From assembly GCA_950097015.1 (NCBI GenBank), contig CATNEN010000005.1, positions 1,922,001 through 1,986,000 on the forward strand: DNA of 64,000 nucleotides, read 5' to 3'. This document shows positions 49,801 to 61,800 of the stretch, piece after piece. The notes under the pieces are model-generated. The model worked only from the letters and a program-made list of their open reading frames with translations. It had not been told where the DNA came from and searched no databases. The DNA is from Macrostomum hystrix (Eukaryota; Animalia; Platyhelminthes). Made by a program: the position numbers and the translations under genes. How positions within the stretch are numbered: the stretch's first letter is position 1; each line of letters begins with the position of its first letter.

Positions 49801-52800
49801 TGCCAACGATAATCCACCAGTTTTTACGCTCAGTGAGTACTAATCTGCATGGGGTTGGGGCGCCAGGGTGTCCTACTCTATCAAGAATGTCCCTGACTTT
49901 GAATCCGCCAAAATTATTTTGGAATTCTCAGCCTCTGACTCATTTTTAGTGCACTTTTGTGTGATGTACAATCGTGTTTTACGGTCACATTTGATGGCAG
50001 CGTGAGCTAGCCTTCTATCTATCTATCTATTTGCAGGGGGCCCGGGGCACTTGTCGCACAAGCGACGGAGTGGCACGCCCCCAGACCGGCGAACTAGGCG
50101 CTTTTGCGCCCATCGCGCCGCCTCCCCTGAGCAGGCACCACACACAGCAGCACAGACCAGCCGGGGAGGGCAGGAGGCACCCAGAATAGGCAGCAGTGTC
50201 CCCCACCCCAGCCCCACACGCACATAGCAGACCAAGCTGGGGCGGAAGGCTGATAAGAAATCAGTCCTCAGGGGGGGTGACGAGTGTACACTTATCCAAT
50301 CGCGCTGACGGAAGTCCAGAAAGCGCGCGGCGGTGTACACCCGCCCTCCAGCCACCCCCCGCAAGGTCTCACGCCCCAGCGCCAACGCACACAACTCACA
50401 CAACGCAGAACAGGCACATAGAAAGGTAGGAGCGAAGCTATTATTTCAAGCTTTGATTGCACGAAATATGGTGCACCTCCGCCGGTCGCTACTGTCCAAA
50501 CCTCCCAACAAGCCCCGAAATTAATCGTGACTTGAAGGGTAAATCGAACTAGCGTCCTTTGGAGTGCGAGGCAGCGACGTTAGCCGCTGACCCACTCGCC
50601 CCTCGTGAGCTAGCCTTAAACAGGACCAGTAAAAGAAAAAGGACGCGATACTTCGTTTCTTGGAAAGTTTTTATTTTTTAATTAATAGGCCAAGCTAGTA
50701 TAAGCAAATTTTATGTCTGATCGGTTGCTATTGTGTTTCATTATAAACAAGCAAAAATATAATGAAGATAAATTATTCCTGAATTAAGGTTTTTTAAACT
50801 CATTGAAGCAATCATGTTTTGCAAGAAATATTAAAAAACAGCACTGGATCTGCTTCCAATACAAAGTGATCGACATTTTCATTTGAAAGGTGCATTTTTT
50901 CCGTGAAAATCAGCCATTAATAAATTTTCAAAGAATCGAAGTTTCCCTTTTAGTGGTCCTTGGCCTTACATCATATAACTACTCTGAACTTTCAGAATTA
51001 TTAGCAAAAATGTGTAAAAGTGACCCTCAATGCAACTACCGCCTTCCCAGGTCATTATGATTTCTCCATTAACGAGACCCAGCCTATTGGGTCTGTGATC
51101 AGCTCAGCGATTCGAGCCACAGACAGCGACTCAACTCCGGCCACTACAGCTGCAGTTTTCTACGAGCTTCGACCGGCTTCTGGACCTTTTGCCATGGACA
51201 ACGCCACCGGCAACTTCAGCCTGGTGTCCTCCGTTAGCCGAGACGACGGGGGTCCCGCAGTTTACACGCTGCAGGTCGTGGCCAGCAATCTCGCCTCAAC
51301 GCCGCAACTGTCTGCAATCGCAGTCGTGACAGTCCGCGTCGCCAATGTCAATAACAATCCACCTGTGTTCTCGTCTAGTATTTACAATTTCAGCGTTATT
51401 GAGAACTCGCCAATACGCACTGGAGTAGGCGCTCTGATTGTTACGGATCGTGATGGGGACCTCGTATCATTGAAGGTCATAAATAATGGTAAGAATCTGC
51501 CTCTATTCTCTACTAATCTATATGAAGCGGCTGAGTATTCGACCCAACTGTAGGCGAACAATGGATAGTATAGATACTGAAATTGCGAAAAAGCGAAAAG
51601 TCGGGCATAATGTGAACCAAGCTCGCTGATGATAATTTAACCTGCAATAGATACTCGAACATTGTCAAAAAATTTCCTAAAGTGTTCGTAATTGAGGTCG
51701 CTGCATGGTCGCCATAAGGTACGAGCTCGTAAAATTGTGACATCGCCAGACGTCGCCCGGCGCGACAAAATGGCTTGGTTGGCGACGTACTTTTGCGACA
51801 TGATAGCGACTTCGTGGCGACGTAATTGCTTTGACTGGGTATAGTCTCGATCAGAGTACATTTCAAAACTATTTTAATCCTTAGTAACTAAATGATTACG
51901 GGAGCACAGCAGTTATAAACATATTGCCTGGTGGATTCTAGCTTTTTACTCTGCTATCCATATCTGCAATCCGTAAATTTGGCTCATACACTAACCAGTA
52001 TTTGAAAAAAGAAAGCATTCAGTAGCTAAATAAAGAATGACAATATATTGCACACATGGCACAGATATATTCTTCATGGAGTCAGCCTCGCTGCTAACGA
52101 ATGCGAGCATCGACCGCGAGATTCTCGCTGTGAATCCTATCGAGCTAGTTGTCCAAGCCAGCGACGGTCTTCATCGAACAAACGCTACTGTTCGAGTAAC
52201 AGTTCTTGATGTGAACGACAATGCGCCAAGGTTTGTGCAAGCGGCAAGCGAATTAACTGTCAGTGTTGTAGAAGCTGCACCAAATGGGACTTTTGTCATC
52301 CAGGTAAGAAATGTCAAAATTCATTTCTTAATCCTTGCCAGCCTTTTGCCGTTTGTTCACAGGAGAAATATTATAAAGCAAATTCATTATCAATCGTTCG
52401 CAAAAGTTTTTATCCATCCAAAATACCGTTTCAGATCAATGCCACGGACGCTGACATCGGGCAAAACGGAAACGTCTCTTTTAGTCTCCTAACCGCTAGC
52501 AGTCCTTTCGTTATTGATAGTTTGAGTGGCCGAATAACAGTCGCTAATGGCAACCTGCTGGATTATCAAAACCAGCGCGAAATTCAAATCCTGGTACAAG
52601 CCAGGGATGGGGGCCAGCCGCAGCAATCCAGCCTGATAACTTTGAAGGTTAATATCATCGATACAAACGACAAGCCCGTAGTGTTTAACCCAAAGGTTTA
52701 CACCGCAACAGTGCAGGAGAACCAGGCACCCGGTCAGTTGGTAACAAGATTATACGCCAGCGACCCGGACACGATTCCTGCAGGCTTCACCTTCTCACTG

Positions 52801-55800
52801 GCAGTGACAGCAGACTCAGCTGTATTCTACATTGACAACACAACAATGACACGAACAATCGGCTTGATGCTCAATAATATAACGCTAGATCGCGAAAATA
52901 AAAGCCACTACTCAATTAGGGTTGACGTAACAGATGGAAAGTTCAATGACTTCGCTACAGTGAATTTGACGGTCGGCGATGAGAATGACAATGGGCCAAT
53001 TTTTCAACAGTCTGCTTACACATTCTTTGCTGACGAGCAAGCTCCGATCGGGCACGTTGTGGGTGTTGTAAAAGCAACAGATGCAGATATCGGACAGAAT
53101 GCACAGATCACTTACGTTACCTCAGGAGGACAAGACAAATTTTTGATTAACTACCAAACAGGAGTTATTTCCATTCAGTCTCCGATAAACGGCTCAGCAG
53201 GAACAGCTTACACACTCGTAGTTACCGCACGGGACCAAGGAACGCCTTCACTGAGCGGAACTGCAACTGTGACGGTCTTCGCGAACCAGACAAACGCAAA
53301 CGCTCCGGTGTTCTCGCCTTCTGTCTACACGGCCACTTTGAGCGAGGCTTCAACACCGAACACGTCCGTGGTGACTGTGAAGGCTACTGATGCGGACTTT
53401 CCGTCGACCAATGGCATCATCTCGTACAGTCTCGTGACGAGCAACTCTACGTCCGGATTGTTCAGCATCGACCCGTCGACTGGCGAGATGAAGCTCATCG
53501 GAAAACTCGACTACGAGATGGTCACGTCGTACAGTGTGACCGTGAAGGCCGTCGATCATGCTGCCGCACCTCGCACAGCAACTGCTCAGGTGCTGCTGGC
53601 TGTGATCAACGTGGACGACACTCCACCAAAGTTCGTTCCGGACTCATACCGATTTTTTGTGCCACAAAACGCATCGTCAGGCTTCGCAGTCGGATCAGTG
53701 ATCGCGGTCGATCCCGACTTTCCCAGCGCCAATCCTCAGCCAGTCAACTACTCCGCATCTGTGCCCAACTTTCTGCTGAACTCCACCAGCGGAGCACTGA
53801 CTGTGACTTCAGGAGTCCTGTCGATCGGAAACATTTCGATTCCCATCACATGCATGGATGCGTCTGGAATGACTGGCAACGCTTCAGTCCTTGTGTCAGT
53901 CATCTCCTCGACTGAGTACTACGCCAAGGTTCCTCAGTTCGTAGCTCCATCACTGGTGACATCACTGCTAGAGAACCAAACAGCCTTTCTCAAAGTGCTC
54001 GACGTGAATTCCACAATCAATGGCGGAGCTGTGGATGTGGGCGTCTCATATCGACTCGACAGTGCCGGAGCGACCAGGTTTAACATTTCCAGCTCGGTGA
54101 GTTGCATGTCAATTCTGAGTACTTTTTGCCCATGCGGCATTGGATTAATGCAACATGAATGCTTGAATTTCAGGGAGTGATTGAGGCGAAGCCGGAGACA
54201 CTCGATCGAGAGCTGAACTCTGAGGTGACGGTGATTGTGTGGGCAGTGAACTCTGCCGAGCCCGTATTCTCATCGAGTCAGCTGATTCTAATCAGGCTGA
54301 TTGATATCAACGACAATGCTCCACGATTCCGATTCAGCAGTGGTGAAGTGCTGCTGTACGAGAACGCGACTGTGAACAGCACCGTGACTGATCTTCAAGC
54401 CACTGATCCCGACGTTTCCACTACGAGCGTGAGTCAATCAGTCAGGACTAATTTGTCGCTGTCATATTTTTATAAACATTCACTCGTCTGATCGAACTCA
54501 TTGCAGCTCAACTACTCAATCGTGAGTGACAACTCGGGTGGAAAGTTCCGTCTGCAGCCAGTCGGACTGAATGCGTCTCAGTTGGTGCTGAACGCATCGG
54601 TGGATTATGACACGATGGCCGCAATGGGCTATGCTTATTCGCTTGTGGTGAGTACCGCCAATATTCGGGTTGCACTAACAGATGCTGATGTGGCCCACCT
54701 TTACAATCTGGAATGTTGCAGATTCAAGTGAGCGACGGAAATTACAGCTCCAGCTACTCGCTCACTGTTCGCATCGGGAACGTGAACGATGATCCGCCAG
54801 TGTTCACTGCGGCTGTCTACAACTTCTCGGTTGCTGAGCTGTCTGCTGTGGGAACTGTGGTGGGTCGAGTGTTGGCCACAGATCGCGATGCCGAGGATTC
54901 CAACAGGCTGATCTATGCTCTGTCGGGCAATTCAAATGTGTCCGTCAACTCATCAACGGGAGAGCTGACGACACTGGTTCGGTTCGACAGACTTCAAGTC
55001 AGCCGAATATCGTTTAACGTCAGTTGCACCGACACGGCTGGAAACAAGGTGTGTCTTATTTTTATGTTATTCAGAAGTTAATAGTTGCCATTGCTTATAC
55101 TCGCTGTCGATAACAGTTACCATAGTGTTACTGTTTGATCATACGGTTTGATCACTGCTGTTGATAATGACAAAATTCGCAAATCAAGGGCTCAGCGCAA
55201 GTAAACGTCGACATCACCGACGTCAACAACCACAATCCGAACATCACGAGTCTGCCTGCAACATGGAACGTCACCGAGAACTCGACCAGCTTGCTGCAGA
55301 GCTTCCTTCTACAGGTGGTCGATCTTGACGTCGGTCAGAATGCAAACGTGTCTCTCAGCATCGTCTCTGGTGACTCGTCCAGCTCGTTCTTCATCAACGG
55401 ATCTCATGTGTTAATCGGCAAAGTGCTGGACAGAGAGGCTCCGGGTCTCACATTGAACCCAGCGGGCAATGGAGTGATCACACTTGGCATCAGAGCTGCA
55501 GACAATGGAGTTCCGTCTCTCAGCTCGACTGGGACCCTCACCGTTCTGCTGCAGGACATCAACGACTCGCCACCGAGGTTCACCATCCCAGCAGGTCGGG
55601 AACTTCAGCAGGCGCAAAGTCTTCCAGTAGGCTCCACCATCATCACCTTCGACATGCTGGACGCAGATTTGCCGGCATCGAACAACTTCACATTCAGCAT
55701 CAGTGCAGTTACTAATGTTAACGGTACGACAAGAAGCAATCGTTGTCTCTTCCAATAACCTCGCTTAAAATTCTTATTACAATTGACTCTCTGTTAATTT

Positions 55801-58800
55801 TAGAAACATTTGCGATGCAAGGGAACAGGCTGGTTCTGAACAAAGTGTTTAACAGGATTGTAGAGCCAACACACAATCTTACTATCATCTGCTTCGACGG
55901 TGCTTTCAGCGTTTCGGTTAGTTTTTTCTGAATTTTCACGGTAGCTACACGCTAATGTAACTAAAATTCTATATTTCAAGTAACTATTCAACCGTTTGCG
56001 CAGACATTCATCATTGTAAGGGTCGTAGACAGTAATGACTACAGTCCAGTGTTCCTCAGCTCTTCGTACACATTTAGAGTGGCAGAGAATGACCTTTCTA
56101 AGGCAACTGGCCATTTCATCGGAGAGGTTCGCGCCGTGGATCGTGACACAGGTTTAAATGGGCAGGTCGTGTATTCCGTTGCCTCTCCAAGTAACCTGAG
56201 AGATGTGCTAGCAATCAATCAGGTAGTTTTGTCAACAAAATATTTTTATTACTGTTTTCATAGTGTTTATTATGCCCAACTATTTTAAACTTCATAGTAA
56301 TTGCCTTTTTTAACTTTTTTGTTCATTAGGCGGGTGCTGTGACTATAAACGGGACTGTCGATCGAGAAACAACTGCTGTGCTCACCTTCTTAATCATGGC
56401 CAGCGACATGGGCACTTCGCCTCGATTTGTAAGCATGTTCTTAGAATAATTTTTTCTGATCTGTCATTCAAGAGCTATTATCATGAAATAAATATTCGTG
56501 TACGTATTTTAATAAAGGCCAATTTTAACTCAACGCAGAAGCAGTGGGTTTGTTTGATATTAGCAAAAAGTACAGCTAAATAACAAAAAGTCTAATTTTC
56601 AAGCCAAAAATTTCAGAGCGCTTAAAGTTTCGTAAGAAATTAACAAACTAGTCATATAGCTTTCTTAAGAAACTAAATCTGAGTCAGTGAACAAATGCGC
56701 GTTTGCAATGAATAGTTTGCGATGGTTATGAAAATTCGCCTGGTTTGGCTTGAAGACAAGGAGTCACAACATCGGACTCTACGACTTCAACGTCGGGGAT
56801 TCGGTGTCAGGCCTAACTAGACAGAAGTCGTGCCCGGCAGCAAGACTGTTAATTGGACACCAGCTGGTCACTATTTGGTGTGGGTGTGGTGCACCCAGTC
56901 TATTGACTAAAAACTCGTACGTAGCCTAGAGATGCGAAAAATAGCTTCCACTGTTGCTGTCGGCAACATCAGGGAATCGAAAACAATTTTAAAAGAATTT
57001 TGAACAATTTATGGCTATCGCTAAATTCACTCTAACGTTTGCCATTGTTCCTTGACGAACAAAAAAAGAGAAAAATAATTTGTTTTCTTGTGCCTCTCAG
57101 CACATAACTGTCTTTCGACAGTCGGCATCTAAAAATTATTTAAAAGATACTTAGTTAACTAAACTATAACTTTCGTCCTGTCATGGCCTGTCTAGTCAAT
57201 ATTATAAGATTATAGATTCAACTATGTGTCCTTTGAAACTTCATAATAATATCAATATCACAGACGTAAAAAATCACGAACGCACATCTGCACAATCACG
57301 TCTGGTTGTAGCAGAGAAAGCTAGACTCACAACAGTTTGCTCACCAAAAACGTCAATAGAAATGCTTACATTTTTATAACGAAGGGCACAGCCGAGCTTC
57401 GTCTCGAAATTCTTGACGTGAACGACAATAAACCGGACTTCAGCGCAACGGCCTACTCTGGATCAATTAATGAAAATGCAGCAGTGGGAACTTTTGTTTC
57501 AATAGTAAGTATAAATGATTGTACAGAAGTTTTATTTTTCACGAACATAAACTTGCATTCCGATACAATTGGTACAATATTTTAGATACCTGGAATATCC
57601 ACGACAGACAGGGACATTGGAAACAACAGCTTCGTGGAGCTGTCGCTCTCCGGAAGCTTCGCCAGCTGGTTCAACATCAGCCAGACTGGTCAGCTGCAGG
57701 TGGTCAACGGAACGGTGCTGGACCGTGAGACCTACCCGACCATATCTTTGAATGTCACCGCCAACAACTCGAGGGGAGAGCCGACCTGGTTGGCGAACTC
57801 AGTTCCGCTCACAATCATGCTGTCAGACGTCAACGACAACGCCCCTGTCTTCAGCAAGCCGATATACAACTTTTTCATCGACTTCTTCTCTCCAATCGGA
57901 CTGTTGATCGGAACTGTTTCTGTAACCGATGCGGATGCCGGAGTGAACGCTCAAATCACATTCTTTCTCAGTGGCGGAGAAGACAGATTCGCCATCGATT
58001 TCCGGTCAGGAGCGCTGACGATGGCAAAGTCGCTGAACGGATCCACCAGCAATGTGTTCCATCTTGTGGTGACTGCACGGGACCAAGGAACGCCTTCACT
58101 GAGCGGAACTGCAACTGTGACGGTCTTCGCGAACCAGACAAACGCAAACGCTCCGGTGTTCTCGCCTTCTGTCTACACGGCCACTTTGAGCGAGGCTTCA
58201 CAACCGAACACGTCCGTGGTGACTGTGAAGGCTACTGATGCGGACTTTCCGTCGACCAATGGCATCATCTCGTACAGTCTCGTGACGAGCAACTCCACGT
58301 CCGGATTGTTCAGCATCGACCCGTCGACTGGCGAGATGAAGCTCATCGGAAAACTCGACTACGAGATGGTCACGTCGTACAGTGTGACCGTGACGGCCAT
58401 CGATCATGCTGCCGCACCTCGCACAGCAACTGCTCAGGTGCTGCTGGCTGTGATCAACGTGGACGACACTCCACCAAAGTTCGTTCCGGACTCATACCGA
58501 TTTTTTGTGCCACAAAACGCATCGTCAGGCTTCGCAGTCGGATCAGTGATCGCGGTCGATCCCGACTTTCCCAGCGCCAATCCTCAGCCAGTCAACTACT
58601 CCGCATCTGTGCCCAACTTTCTGCTGAACTCCACCAGCGGAGCATTGACTGTGACTTCAGGAGTCCTGTCGATCGGAAACATTTCGATTCCCATCACATG
58701 CATGGATGCGTCTGGAATGACTGGCAACGCTTCAGTCCTTGTGTCAGTCATTTCCTCGACTGAGTACTACGCCAAGGTTCCTCAGTTCGTAGCTCCGTCA

Positions 58801-61800
58801 CTGGTGGCATCAGTGCTAGAGAATCAAACAGCCTTTCTCAAAGTACTCGACGTGAATGCCACAATCAATGGCGGAGCTGTGGATGTGGGCGTCTCATATC
58901 GACTGGACAGTGCCGGAGCGACCAGGTTTAACATTTCCAGCTCGGTGAGTTGCATGTCAATTCTGAGTACTTTTTGCCCATGCGGCATTGGATTAATGCA
59001 ACATGAATGCTTGAATTTCAGGGAGTGATTGAGGCGAAGCCGGAGACACTCGATCGAGAGCTGAACTCTGAGGTGACGGTGATTGTGTGGGCAGTGAACT
59101 CTGCCGAGCCCGTATTCTCATCGAGTCAGCTGATTCTAATCAGGCTGATTGATATCAACGACAATGCTCCACGATTCCGATTCAGCAGTGGTGAAGTGCT
59201 GCTGTACGAGAACGCGACTGTGAACAGCACCGTGACTGATCTTCAAGCCACTGATCCCGACGTTTCCACTACGAGCGTGAGTCAATCAGTCAGGACTAAT
59301 TTGTCGCTGTCATATTTTTATAAACATTCACTCGTCTGATCGAACTCATTGCAGCTCAACTACTCAATCGTGAGTGACAACTCGGGTGGAAAGTTCCGTC
59401 TGCAGCCAGTCGGACTGAATGCGTCTCAGTTGGTGCTGAACGCATCGGTGGATTATGACACGATGGCCGCAATGGGCTATGCTTATTCGCTTGTGGTGAG
59501 TGTACAAGACCGCCAATATTCGGGTTGCACTAACAGATGCTGATGTGGCCCACCTTTACAATCTGGAATGTTGCAGATTCAAGTGAGCGACGGAAGTTAC
59601 AGCTCCAGCTACTCGCTCACTGTTCGCATCGGGAACGTGAACGATGATCCGCCAGTGTTCACTGCGGCTGTCTACAACTTCTCGGTTGCTGAGCTGTCTG
59701 CTGTGGGAACTGTGGTGGGTCGAGTGTTGGCCACAGATCGCGATGCCGAGGATTCCGACAGGCTGATCTATGCTCTGTCGGGCAATTCAAATGTGTCCGT
59801 CAACTCATCAACGGGAGAGCTGACGACACTGGTTCGGTTCGACAGACTTCAAGTCAGCCGAATATCGTTCAACGTCAGTTGCACCGACACGGCTGGAAAC
59901 AAGGTGTGTCTTGTTTTTATGCTACGAGGGGTCCCAGAAATAGCGGGAAAAATCGATGCACAGGCAAACTGGTGCAACATAATTTATTGAAACTCACATC
60001 ACTGAGAAATTAACATTTAGCAGTTCTAACGCTTTTTAAATCAAGAAAATATGTCCTTTCATTAAAAAGTTATGGCTAAAATTAGAGCAAGGGGTAAGGG
60101 GAAGAGTTATACCAAGTCAAGGCCCCTGCCTAATTTGTCCTTAGACAAAATTTTTGCGACAGAAGAAACTGAGCAGAAGCATCAGTGAACAGAAGCAGAA
60201 AAAGGCAACTGACGAGCAGAGAAGCGTGAGCACCAGAATCAAAAGAAGCAGAAGCTGACACAAGAAATACCCGTGGCACCAACGTCAGCAAGCACGAGAC
60301 ATCGCGAATATCGACATTTTGTGCGCCTCGACAAGACGCCGCTGTGGAGTTTGGATTTTTTTCATTTTCCCTTGTTCAATCGTTCAATGTTTAGCGTTTC
60401 GTCCAAAGAAGGTCAGCGCCAGTTCGTGTACTCCCAATGGAAATTGGGCAAGCGAGGCAGTGAAATTGTAAGCCAGCTGACTGAAATCCACGGAGTGAGT
60501 GTCATCTCGAAGAGTGCTGTCTATCGCTGGCTTGAAGAGTTCAGTCATGGGCGAACAGACGTTGCCGATGACACAGCCAACCGTGGCCGTCCGATCTCTC
60601 CATCAACAAAGGCACTGATTCAAAGGGTAAGGAAATCGTTCACGCGAATCCCCGTTTGACTGCAAGAGAGTTGGCGGATCGACTGAGAAGTCCAGAAACT
60701 TCAATTCATCGGATCTTGTCTGTAGATCTTGGTATGGTGAAACTGACGGCGAGATAGGTGCCCCGTCTGTTGACAGAAGAAATGAAAACTGTAAGAATAA
60801 AGTCCTGCAGGGAGAATCTTGAGCTAGTGCGTGATGCTGGGGGATGCGAGAGTTTCCGGCCCTATCTGGTGACCGGCGATGAACCTGGATACCGCACTTT
60901 GACCCTGAAACCAAGCAGGAAAGCAAGGTGTGGGCGTTGAAGGGTTCAGATCCACCTGTGAAGGCGAAGCGAGACCAGCACTGCAAGAAGATCATGCTGA
61001 CTCTTTTCTTCGATCAAGAAGGTCCCCTGACCATCGACTTCCTTGAGCCTAGCAGCACGGTTAACTCGGACCGGTACACGGAGACGCTGAAATCAGACAT
61101 CCGCAACAAGCGCAGGACTGCGATGAAGCCTCACCTCCTGTTGCACGACAACGCTCGACCTCACACGGCCAAGAAAACGCTTGATCGTATCACCGAACTC
61201 AATTTTGATCTGCTTGCGCACCCGCCCTACTCACCAGACTTGGCTCCTTGCGACTACGCAATTTTCCCTCAGTTGAAGATGCACCTGCGGGGGCGCATCT
61301 TTGACCATCGCGACAACTTGGAAGGAGAAGTCAGGCGGGTTCTGCTGCACGAAATTCCGCGTCGAGCTTATGCAGATGCCATCAATGCGCTTCTCACGCG
61401 ATGGACTAAGTGCTACGAGCTAAGGGGGGGACTTCGTCGAAAAAGTCGTCAGTCGACGGCGATGGCGATGCTGCGTGACCGATTCCGCTGGCCTTGACTT
61501 GGTGTAACTGTACCCCTTACACCTTGTTCTAATTTTAGCCATAAATTTTTAATGAATTGACATATTTTCTTGATATAAAATGCGTTAGAACTACTGAATG
61601 TTTATTTACCAGTGACGTGAGTTTCAATAAACTATGTTGCACCAGTTTGCCTGTGCATCGATTTTTCACGCTATTTCTGGGACACCCTACGTATTTAGAT
61701 GTTATTAGTTGCCATTGCTTGTACTCGCTGTCGAAAACTGTTAAGTGAGTGTTACGGTTTAATCACTGCTGTTGATAATGACAAATTTCGCAAATCAAGG

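Noticed and set aside
51545-51840. GCGAC/GTCGC-rich stretch ending CTGGG, suggestive of a CMC/EnSpm-type non-autonomous element
   Set aside because: Could not identify a matching left terminus or TSD.
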